Notes under the pieces: generated by a model
The model's input: the letters and a program-made list of their open reading frames with translations, nothing else
The model's database searches: none
Told to the model about the DNA's origin: nothing
Made by a program: the position numbers and the translations under genes
DNA from: an uncultured Candidatus Rokubacteria bacterium
GTDB taxonomy: Bacteria; Methylomirabilota; Methylomirabilia; Rokubacteriales; CSP1-6
Assembly: GCA_963789955.1 (NCBI GenBank)
Contig: CAWBMV010000004.1
Span: 1 to 44,146, forward strand
Direction: 5' to 3'
DNA: 44,146 bases
Shown: positions 18,424 to 27,009 of the stretch, piece after piece
Layout of the letters: every line of letters begins with the position of its first letter
Numbering within the stretch: position 1 is the stretch's first letter

Positions 18424-19206
18424 GTGGCATTTTCGGCCGACACCCTCCGCGATCGCGTCGCGATCGTGACCGGGGCGAGTCAGGGGATCGGCCGCGCGAT
18501 CGCGGTCGAGCTTGCCCGGGTCGGCGCCCATGTGGCGGTGTGTAGCCGCCGTAAGGACGCGCTGGAGCCTGTCGCCGATCTCGTGCGGGCCGAAGGGCGC
18601 CGCGCGCTGGCCGTTGCGTGCGACGTCGGCGACGCGCGGCAGGTCGACGGCGCCGTCGCGCAAACCCTCGAGACATTCGGCCGCATCGACATTCTGGTCA
18701 ACAACGCGGGCTACCGGATCCGGTCACCGCTCGAGGACCTGCCCCGGGCGGAGTGGGACGCGATGATGGCGACGAATCTGACTGGCGTGTTCCTCTTCGC
18801 GCAGGCCGCCGGGCGGGTGATGATCCGGCAGCGCGCGGGCAAGATCATCAACGTGACGTCGGTGGCCGGACGCAGCGGCTCGCGCGGCATGGCCGCCTAT
18901 GCGGCCGCCAAGGCGGGGGCCACCGTGCTCACGCAGAGCCTCGGCGCCGAGTGGGCGAAGTACGGGATCACCGTCAACGCGGTCGCGCCCGGGCCGACGG
19001 AGACGGAAGGCGTGCTCGAAGTCTGGAAGACTCCCGCAATGATCGCCAATGCCGCGCGCGAGGTGCCGCTCCGGCGCCTGGGTCGTCCCGAGGAGATCGC
19101 GTGGGCGGTCGTCTTCGTCGCGTCGGATCAGGCGAACTTCATGACGGGCGAGACGGTCTATGTGAGCGGAGGCCCGCGAACGGCCAACCGCGAGGACATC
19201 AAATGA
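18424..19206 (+). CDS. Short-chain dehydrogenase/reductase
   Basis: TGASQGIG, NNAG, YAAAK, VNAVAPG. Confidence 0.92.
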   Translation: MAFSADTLRDRVAIVTGASQGIGRAIAVELARVGAHVAVCSRRKDALEPVADLVRAEGRRALAVACDVGDARQVDGAVAQTLETFGRIDILVNNAGYRIRSPLEDLPRAEWDAMMATNLTGVFLFAQAAGRVMIRQRAGKIINVTSVAGRSGSRGMAAYAAAKAGATVLTQSLGAEWAKYGITVNAVAPGPTETEGVLEVWKTPAMIANAAREVPLRRLGRPEEIAWAVVFVASDQANFMTGETVYVSGGPRTANREDIK

Positions 19207-20252
19207 AAGTCGCATTCGGAGTCAGTCTGAGCCCGGGAACCCCGCTCCTGCAGGAGAAGGACACGCGCCGCTTCATCGACCTCGCCAAGATGGCCGACGA
19301 TTACGGCGCCGAGGCCGTCGGTACCCACGACACGGCGTTTATCGGCGGCGATGCGTATGTCCGGGCGACCCTGATCGCCCTGGGCGCCTCGCGGGCGCGC
19401 GTCGGTCTGCGCCCTACCAACCCGCTCACTCGCGAGCCGCAGGTGATGGCCTCGTTCCTCGCATCGATCGACAGCCTGACCGGCGGACGCGCCTTCATGG
19501 ACATGGCCAGCGGGGACAGCGCCGTGCTCAACATCGGCTACCAGGTGGCCACGCGCGCGCGCATCGAGGACTACGTGACGTGCGTGCGCGATCTCATCGC
19601 CAAGGGCGAAGCGACCTATCAGGGCCGGCCGCAGCGCGTCCGCTGGGCGTCGACCGTGACGCGCCAGCGCATCCCGATCTTCATCTGCGCCGAGGGCCCG
19701 AAGATGCTGCTCCTGGGCGGGCGCATCGGCGACGGCGTCACCGCCGGCACCGGGCTCTTGCCCGAGGTGATCAAGGACACGATCGCCCGCGTCCACGCGG
19801 GGGCCCGCGAAGCGGGGCGCAACCCGTCCGACGTCGACGTCTGGTTCACCACGCGCACCTCGCTCGACGAGGATCGCGACCGAGCGATCCAGGGCGTGAA
19901 GGCCTCGGTGTCGTCGATCCTCAACCACTCGATGCGATTCGGGCTCGACAACAAGCACCTGCCGGACGAGCTGCGCGGCAAGGTCCAGGAATACGTCGAC
20001 GGCTACGAGCTTTACGACCACGTGCTCCACGAGGGCCGTAACCCCAAGCGCATGGAGGCGCTGGGCCTAACCCAGTACGCCATCGATCGCTTCGCGCTGG
20101 CCGGCAACGCGAGCGACTGGATCAGGCGGATCGAGCAGATCGCCGAGGCCGGCGCTCGCAAGATCTGGGTGAGCCTGCGCGCGACCGACATGGAGACGCA
20201 GCACCACTACATGAAGATTCTCGGCGGGCAGATCATGTCGAGATTTCTCTAA
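19203..20252 (+). CDS. LLM-class flavin-dependent oxidoreductase
   Basis: TNPLTREP, SLTGGRA, GDSA, IPIFICAEGPKML..GRIGDGV; ATGA overlap with the SDR stop. Confidence 0.88.
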   Translation: MKVAFGVSLSPGTPLLQEKDTRRFIDLAKMADDYGAEAVGTHDTAFIGGDAYVRATLIALGASRARVGLRPTNPLTREPQVMASFLASIDSLTGGRAFMDMASGDSAVLNIGYQVATRARIEDYVTCVRDLIAKGEATYQGRPQRVRWASTVTRQRIPIFICAEGPKMLLLGGRIGDGVTAGTGLLPEVIKDTIARVHAGAREAGRNPSDVDVWFTTRTSLDEDRDRAIQGVKASVSSILNHSMRFGLDNKHLPDELRGKVQEYVDGYELYDHVLHEGRNPKRMEALGLTQYAIDRFALAGNASDWIRRIEQIAEAGARKIWVSLRATDMETQHHYMKILGGQIMSRFL

Positions 20253-20258
20253 GGACAT

Positions 20259-20279
20259 GGGGGCCCCGAAATGGCCCCC
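20259..20279. repeat. REP-like GC hairpin after LLM gene
   Basis: GGGGGCC-ccgaaat-GGCCCCC followed by a C-rich tract. Confidence 0.45.
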
Positions 20280-20357
20280 CAAGCCCCGCTCCCCCGATCT
20301 CCCCCTCCGTCTCGCCGCGAGGTTCCCGCGGTTCCGATGCTCTGTGCTATTCCCAGC

Positions 20358-20527
20358 AGGGTTGGACGGGTCGGAGGGGTGTGCGGGAGGGGTGGCCGGA
20401 CCCGTTCCCTCCAAGCACACGTCGGAAGTCGCGCGCCCAGATGGAGCCCAGCCGCCGAGGAGCAGCGAACGCGTGCCGCGTGGTCGCGGCCACCCCTCCC
20501 GCACACCCCTCCGACCCGTCCAACCCT
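20358..20527. repeat. 170-bp MITE-like element with 41-bp perfect terminal inverted repeats
   Basis: 20358-20398 AGGGTTGGACGGGTCGGAGGGGTGTGCGGGAGGGGTGGCCG is the exact reverse complement of 20487-20527; 88-nt spacer. Confidence 0.8.
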
Positions 20528-20759
20528 AAGCGTTAACCTCAGAGGCGCGGACGCCAGCCATGTCGGCGCAGTGCGCACAGCAGAAGATGCGATCGCCGTG
20601 CTCGACGCCGTGTCCGATGACCCGGCACCGGCAGTGCTCGCAGACCGGGGCGATCTTCTGGATGGCGCATTCGAACGAGTCGTACGTCCCGACGGAGTTC
20701 TGATACTTGATCTCCATCGTCCGTCGATAGTCATTGCCGCAGACGTCACATCGAGCCAT
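20526..20759 (-). CDS. Small Cys/His-rich metal-binding protein (metallothionein-like)
   Basis: CDVCGNDY..YDSFECAI..APVCEHCRCRVIGHGVE..FCCAHCA; 77 aa. Confidence 0.8.
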   Translation of the reverse strand: MARCDVCGNDYRRTMEIKYQNSVGTYDSFECAIQKIAPVCEHCRCRVIGHGVEHGDRIFCCAHCADMAGVRASEVNA

Positions 20760-21633
20760 TGGTGGTTCCCGCTATTGGTAGATCGTTCGCGGCGACGGCC
20801 TCGCGCGGGCGTTCGCCGAGAGGTCGACTCGCGTCGGCGTCGATGGCCGCCGTCCAGATCGATGCGTCTTCTTCGGACATGCTGCCGTGCGGTGCGAGTC
20901 GCGCGTCCTCGTATCCCCACAGCTCGAGATCCACGAGGTACTGGGCGCGCGAGGTCAAGGTCCCTCGGCAGAGCCGCCGGGAGCTGGCGTGGCGCATTTC
21001 ATGGTCGAGCAGCCGCACGCACTCGCGCATCACGGCCTCGGGAATGCGCCGGCGCTCGGAAGGGTAGATGAAGCCGAAGAGCGTGAGGTGCGCGAACAGG
21101 ATGCGCCAGTGCTTGCCGAAGCGCTGGCTCAGCCGATCCCAGTCGAGCGAGCCGGCGCACGCGTGCAGGAGATGCGCGACGTCGGCACCGTCGTAGCGCT
21201 CTCGCTCCATCACGAACGCCTTGGACCAGATCATCTCCTCGACCGGACAGAGCAGGACCGGGACGTCCAGGACGCGTGACGGGACCGCATAGTTGAACCA
21301 GTCGTCGTCCACGACGCAGACGCCGTTACCCGCGTTGAAGATGAAATCGACATGATCGCCGCGCTTGCGAACCTTGCCGAGCCAGTGCGGGAAGGTGAGC
21401 TCGGCGTCGCAGCCCAGGCGTCGACCGAGATGATCCAACGCCTTTTGGACGTCGGCGGCGCGGAGAAACAGGTCGAGATCTTTCACCAGCCGGCCGATGC
21501 CCAGGTAACGCTCGAGCGCGTAGCCGCCCCCGACCAGGAAATCGATACCGCCCGCGGTGAGCTCCCGCAGCACCCGGCGATAGAAGCGAAGGGTCGATGT
21601 GCCTGGGTTCTGGGCAAGCATGGTCTGGCTCAT
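20746..21633 (-). CDS. Nucleotidyltransferase-fold protein
   Basis: FLVGGGYAL..KDLDLF (GG + DxD), VDFIFNAGNG, WSKAFVMERERYDGADVAH; ATGA overlap with the upstream gene. Confidence 0.82.
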   Translation of the reverse strand: MSQTMLAQNPGTSTLRFYRRVLRELTAGGIDFLVGGGYALERYLGIGRLVKDLDLFLRAADVQKALDHLGRRLGCDAELTFPHWLGKVRKRGDHVDFIFNAGNGVCVVDDDWFNYAVPSRVLDVPVLLCPVEEMIWSKAFVMERERYDGADVAHLLHACAGSLDWDRLSQRFGKHWRILFAHLTLFGFIYPSERRRIPEAVMRECVRLLDHEMRHASSRRLCRGTLTSRAQYLVDLELWGYEDARLAPHGSMSEEDASIWTAAIDADASRPLGERPREAVAANDLPIAGTTNGSM

Positions 21634-22418
21634 TGGGTTGGCTCGCGACTGGCGGAGACGGTGACGGGTGGCGGCGCAGGATCCGAGCGCTGCGCCGGAA
21701 TCTCGACGACCCGGAACGGCGATCGGTCCGGGTAGATCTTCTGGAGTAGCGGCAGAGCGACGTTGTACACCGGCACGCCCGCCGACGTCTTGCCTTCGGG
21801 CTGGCCGCGATGGGCGTGGCCGTGGAACACGACGCTCGCGGCGTAGCGGTTGAGCGGCTCCTCGAGCCGGCTCGACCCGAGGAACGGAAAGATCTCGCGC
21901 GGCTCGCCGTCGACCGTGTCGACGACGGGCGAGTAGTGCAGGAGCACGACGCGGCCGGGGGTGCGCAGCCGCGCCAGCGCCGACTCGAGCTTGAGCGTCT
22001 CGTCGACGGCCTCGCGCACGAACACCTTCGTCGCGGCTTCGCCCCACGCCTGGAGCGCGCGCTCGCCGAAGCCGCCCGCGAAGCCCTTGGCCCCGGCGAA
22101 GCCGATGCCGGAGATCTCGATTGCCGTGCCGTCGAGCACCGTGACATGTGCGTCGCCGAGGATCTCGGTGACGTCGCCCGCGGCATCCGACTCGAAGTCG
22201 TGGTTACCGAGGACCGCGATCTTCGGGATCTTCACTGCCTGAAGCTCCTTGGCCAGGATCCGCGCCTCGTCGGCAAGGCCGCGGTCGGTGAGGTCGCCGC
22301 AGAGCGCCAGCACGTCGGCGTTCTCGCCGATACGGGAGAACAGTGTTTGCAAAAAGCCGGAGGAGCTTCGCTTGCAATGCAGGTCGCCGACCGCGGCGAC
22401 CCGGACCGAGCCGTTCAC
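21630..22418 (-). CDS. Calcineurin-like metallophosphoesterase
   Basis: GDLH, CGDLTD, GNHD, LLHY, FHGHAH motifs. Confidence 0.9.
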   Translation of the reverse strand: MNGSVRVAAVGDLHCKRSSSGFLQTLFSRIGENADVLALCGDLTDRGLADEARILAKELQAVKIPKIAVLGNHDFESDAAGDVTEILGDAHVTVLDGTAIEISGIGFAGAKGFAGGFGERALQAWGEAATKVFVREAVDETLKLESALARLRTPGRVVLLHYSPVVDTVDGEPREIFPFLGSSRLEEPLNRYAASVVFHGHAHRGQPEGKTSAGVPVYNVALPLLQKIYPDRSPFRVVEIPAQRSDPAPPPVTVSASREPTQ

Positions 22419-22423
22419 GCTTG

Positions 22424-23552
22424 TCAGCTCAGTGTGGAGCGCCCGACGGAGCCCAGCAGCTGGGCGAGATGACCGGTGTCGAGTGGCTTCACCAGATGGT
22501 GGTCGAAGCCCGCGGCCCGCGATCTCGCGCGATCGGTCTCATCACTCCACCCGGTGACGGCGATCAGGCACATCTGCCGACCCCAGGGCTCCTTGCGGAT
22601 GCGCTGCGCGACCTCGTGACCGTCGATCTTCGGCAGGCCGATGTCGAGCAGCACCACATCGGGCCTGAATTCGCTCGCGACCTGCACCGCCTCGAGACCG
22701 TCGTAGGCGGTGCGAATGTCGTTGCCGGTGGTCCGCAGCAGCATCGCGAGGCTATCGGCGGCGTCGCGGTTGTCGTCCACGACCAGAATGCGGAGCGAGG
22801 GCGGGCTCATGTGTGCGAGGCCCTCCGCCTGCGGTTGCGGGTGATGCGAGGAATCGAGGACGGCCGGTAGGCGGATGACGAACGTGCTTCCCATGCCTAA
22901 CCCCGTGCTCTCGGCGGCGACCGTCCCGCCATGCATTTCCACGAGCCGCTTCACAAGGGTCAAGCCGATCCCGAGCCCTCCAAAGGTCCGCGCTCGGGTC
23001 TGCTCGCCCTGGCTGAACATCTCGAACACGTGCGGCAGCATCGCTCGAGAAATCCCGACGCCGGTGTCGCGCATGGTGATCACGGCATCGCCACCGACGC
23101 GCTCCGCGGTCAGCCAGATGTGTCCGCCGCGGTCCGTGAACTTCGCGGCATTGTTCAGGCAGTTCGATACCGCTTGCGCCAGCCGCATCGGGTCGGCGTC
23201 GAGATAGATCGGGATCCTCCGGGATCGCGGTCGTGAACTCCTGACCCCCGGCTGTCAACAGGCTCCCACTCGTTTCGACGGCCAGGCGCAAGACCACCGC
23301 CAGGTCCACGCGCTCCTTGCGAAGCTCGAAACGATTGGTACTCATCCGAGCCACATCGACCAGATCGTCGATGAGCCGCGCCATCTGCCGGACCTGCCGT
23401 TCGATCGCGGAGAGCGCCCATTGCGACTCGGGGGCGAGCGTTCCTTCACGATTCAGAATCTGGACAGCCGTGCGGATCGGCGCGAGGGGATTGCGGAGTT
23501 CATGGGCCAAGATCGCCAGGAACTCGTTCTTGGACCGATCAGCGATCTGCAA
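22424..23552 (-). CDS. Hybrid histidine kinase/response regulator without an input domain, frameshifted
   Basis: KNEFLAILAHELRNPL H-box (ORF 22752-23552), then NNAAKFT, DTGVG, GLGIGL and receiver VVDDN..LLDIGLP..KP (ORF 22424-23188); indel near 23210. Confidence 0.85.
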
Positions 23553-23660
23553 GACACGTCCTCAAGGAATACTCACGGGTCGCCATTGGTGCTTGGTCGC
23601 CCGAGCCATCCCGCAGATGCGGGGGCTCGCCCCGGGCGACCGCGGAAAGGGCCCGTGGCT

Positions 23661-23843
23661 CTAGGAGTCCCGACCCGCGTGATCCCCGACCGGCTCGATC
23701 TCATCGAGAAACGTCTCGGGATCGGCGTCGAAGATCCGCTTGCACTCGTCGCAGCAGAAATAGATCGTCTCGCCCTCGTATACGAGTTGCGCCTCGGCCG
23801 AGTCGGGGGTGATCTCCATCATGCAGACCGGATCCAGTGCCAT
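23661..23843 (-). CDS. YHS-domain protein
   Basis: DPVCMMEI..YEGETIYFCCDECKRIFDADPE; GAGGAGG RBS. Confidence 0.88.
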   Translation of the reverse strand: MALDPVCMMEITPDSAEAQLVYEGETIYFCCDECKRIFDADPETFLDEIEPVGDHAGRDS

Positions 23844-23879
23844 AGTAGCCTCCTCGTCCCGCTGGACTCGGTCTCCTGG

Positions 23880-23895
23880 GGCAAGGGTCGTGCCA
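23880..23895 (-). promoter_or_regulatory. sigma54 -24/-12 promoter for YHS operon
   Basis: Minus strand TGGCACGACCCTTGCC = TGGCACG-N4-TTGC. Confidence 0.8.
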
Positions 23896-23969
23896 GGGCA
23901 AATTGCATGGAAAATCGGCGGGTTTCAGGAAAGCGACGGACCGATGGCAGGTAAAAACTCCATGACAAC

Positions 23970-24004
23970 CGTGTAAGTTCGGCCGATCGTGTAATTTCGG
24001 CCGA
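23970..24004. repeat. Tandem 17-bp direct repeat, candidate activator site
   Basis: CGTGTAAGTTCGGCCGA (23970-23986) and CGTGTAATTTCGGCCGA (23988-24004), one mismatch. Confidence 0.65.
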
Positions 24005-24018
24005 GGCGTCCGCAGAAG

Positions 24019-25865
24019 TCAGGACTCAGTCAGAAATGCGCAGAGCTTGGCCGGATCGACGGGCTTGGTCATGTGCATGTCGAAGCCGGCGCGAGAGCTT
24101 TCTGTCGGTCCTCGGCCTGGCCGTAGCCCGTGAGAGCGACCAGGTAGGTGGCTTTTGCCTCGGGCGTCTGGCGAGCCATCCGGGCCAGGGCGTACCCGTC
24201 GACTCCCGGCAAGCCGATGTCGATCAGCGCCACCTCAGGCCGGAAGCTCTTCAGCTTGTCGAGCCCGCTCGAGGCGTCCTCCGACGTTTCGACCTCGTGG
24301 CCCGCGTAGGTGAGCAGGAGACGGAGACCCTCGCGCGCATCGGCGTTGTCCTCGACGACAAGGACCCGCCGCCGGCGATTCCGGGCCGAGCCAGGCGCCG
24401 GTGCCGCGGGAGGCGCAGACTCTGCGCGCACGGCCGACGCAGGCAAGCGCACCACGAACTCGCTTCCGTGTCCACGGCCGCCGCTGACCATCGACACCGA
24501 TCCGCCGTGCAGCTCGACCAGCTGCTTGACCAGCGCGAGCCCGAGGCCGAGACCTCCGCGCGAGCGATCGAGGGCCTGTGGCTCTTGCACGAACAGATCG
24601 AAGACTCGCGCGCCCAGCTCGGACCGGATGCCCTCACCGGTGTCGCGCACGCGCAGCACGGCGTCGCTTCCCACACGCTCGGTGGTCAGCCGGATCTCGC
24701 CGCCGGACGCCGTGTACTTGAGCGCGTTGTCGAGGAGATTGTTGACCACCTGCTCGAGACGCGCGAGGTCGCCGTGGACCAGGACTGAATCGCCGTCGAC
24801 CTCGAACCGATGGTCGCGCGCCCGCCCGGCTTCGCGAAGCGCGCTCGCGCACCGCTCGGCCAGCTCGAGTAAGTCGACCGGCTCGAGCCGCAAGACGATC
24901 TTGCCCGAGGTCACCCGGGCGACGTCGAGCAGGTCGTCGACCAGCCGGGTCAGACGAGTGGCCTGGCGTCCGATGATACCCGCGGCCTTGCGGAGCTCCT
25001 GGCTCGTCGCGAGCCGATCCATCACGCCGAGCGCGTTGGTGATCGCGCCCAACGGGTTGCGGAGCTCGTGGCTCAGGATCGCGAGGAATTCCTCGCGCCG
25101 CGCCTCCCGCTGCGTCTCGAGCTGCTTGCGCTCGGTGATGTCGACGGACACGCTCAGCACCGCCGGCTCGCCCTCGTACGTGATGACCTCCGAATTCGTC
25201 AGGAGCTGGCGCTCCTCGCCCGTCTTCGTGCGGAAGGTCACCTCGAAGTCGCGCGCCTGACCGCTCGACAGCAGCTGGTGCAGCAAATCGTCGCGCTGCT
25301 CGGCCGCGACCCAGAAGCCCAGCTCCGGCTTGGTGCGCCCCAGCATCTCCTCGCGGCTATAGCCGCTGTGGCGCACCGCCGCGTCGTTGACGTCCAGATG
25401 GCGATGGGTGCGCATGCTGACGATCGTCATCGGCAGCGGGTTGGCCTGGAACAGCTGCGCGAAGCGCTGCTCGCTCTCGCGGAGCGCTGTCTCGGCGCGA
25501 ACCCGGTCCGTGATGTCGATCAAGGCGGTCAGGATGCACGGGCGCCCGTCGATGACGATGACGTCGGCGTTGGTGATCGCGACGATCTCGCGGCCGTTCT
25601 TGGCCCGGAACCGAGCCTCGACGTTTCGAATCGAGCGGCCCGCCCGAAGCTCGGCCAGCCCGGCGTCGCGCTGGCGCGGATCGACCCAGACGGCGATGTC
25701 CGGCACCGATCGCCCGATAACTTCGTCGCGGGAGTAGCCGGTGGCGAGAAGAAAGGCGTCGTTGACTTCGACGATCCGCCCGTCGTCGAGGCCGGTGACG
25801 GTGAGGATGGTCGGGCTCAGCTCGAAGACCGCCTGAAGTCTAGCGGCCCACGCGGAGTCCATCAT
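24019..25865 (-). CDS. PAS-PAS hybrid histidine kinase/response regulator
   Basis: Two PAS/PAC repeats (DITDRV, DITERK), SHELRNPL, NNLLDNALKYT, receiver VVEDN..LIDIGLP; true end AGFDMHMTKPVD..ES* at 24019 after an indel near 24090. Confidence 0.9.
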
Positions 25866-25897
25866 CGTCTGGGAAGTCTACGACAGGAGCGCGCGAC

Positions 25898-26962
25898 CTA
25901 CCAGGCGGTGGTGACGCCCGGCTTCACGATCCAGACGCTGTCGGCGTCGAGGTGACGGCGCCCGACCTCCTCGGCGATGCGGCGAGGCGGCTCATCGTAT
26001 GCCTCCCGGGCGAGCGCGAATGTTCCCCAGTGAATGCCGAGGAACTTCGCCGCGTGCAGATCGGTCCACGCCTCGAGTGCTTCTTCCGGTGACAGGTGCA
26101 CGGGCTTGGCGAGTGCGCGGGGTGTATACGAACCGATCGGCAGCGCCGCCAGGTCGAACGGGCCGAGCGCCTCGCCGATCTCCTTGAAGTGCTGGTAGTA
26201 TCCCGTGTCCCCGGCGAAATAGAAACGCTTGGAGCCGAGCACCGCCCACGAGGCCCAGAGACGCCGCCCCTGGTCCAGGAGCGTCCGGCCGGAGCCGTGC
26301 TGCGCCGGCGTGCATACGACGGTCAGGCCGCCGATCCGAACCGATTCACCCCAGTTCAGCTCGACCACGTTCGTGATTCCACGATCCGCGAGCCACGTCT
26401 TGATGCCGAGCGGCACGACGAAGCGCGGATTGAATTGCTGCGCCAGGTGCTTGACGGTCGGCTCGTCGAGGTGATCGTAGTGATCGTGGGAGATCAGCAC
26501 GAAGTCGATGCGCGGCAGATCGTCGAACGCGATCGCGGGAGGCGTGTACCGCTCGACTCCCACGAACCCGCCGAAGGGTCCGCTGCGGCTCGCCCAGGTC
26601 GGGTCGGTCAGGAAGTTCACGCCGTCGAGCTGGACGAGCAGAGTCGAATGGCCGATCCACGTCACCGTCGCCCGGCTCGCATTGTCACGAAGCGCGGCTG
26701 TGTCCGGCTTGACGATGGGAAGCGGCTTGACGTTGCGCTCGCCCACCAGCCACGTGCCGCCCACGATCAGCGAGCGCGCGCGGGCCCACATCGTCGCTCG
26801 GTGATACTCGGGGTCGAGGTTGCGGAACTTGCCGCCGACCCGGGGCGCCGCGGGTAGCCCGGCGACGACCGCCGGGGGCGCGATCGCGGCGGAAACGGAC
26901 TGCGGCGGCGCGGCCTCGCTCGCGCCGACGAGCAGAGCAAGGACGAGGAGCAGACCTACCAC
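25898..26962 (-). CDS. MBL-fold metallohydrolase (NAPE-PLD/RomA-like), exported
   Basis: TWIGHST, LTDP, ISHDHYDHLD, FAGDTGY, LPIGSY, IHWGTF; signal peptide. Confidence 0.9.
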   Translation of the reverse strand: MVGLLLVLALLVGASEAAPPQSVSAAIAPPAVVAGLPAAPRVGGKFRNLDPEYHRATMWARARSLIVGGTWLVGERNVKPLPIVKPDTAALRDNASRATVTWIGHSTLLVQLDGVNFLTDPTWASRSGPFGGFVGVERYTPPAIAFDDLPRIDFVLISHDHYDHLDEPTVKHLAQQFNPRFVVPLGIKTWLADRGITNVVELNWGESVRIGGLTVVCTPAQHGSGRTLLDQGRRLWASWAVLGSKRFYFAGDTGYYQHFKEIGEALGPFDLAALPIGSYTPRALAKPVHLSPEEALEAWTDLHAAKFLGIHWGTFALAREAYDEPPRRIAEEVGRRHLDADSVWIVKPGVTTAW

Positions 26963-27009
26963 GCTTTCGAGCTTACCTGAGGCCCGAGCGGCCTACCAGC
27001 GCTCGCCGG

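Noticed and set aside
20358..20527. 6S or SRP RNA interpretation of the long hairpin
   Set aside because: A 41-bp perfect stem is unlike 6S, and the AGCAG-containing segment lacks the SRP GGAA tetraloop geometry; an Rfam scan is needed to exclude formally
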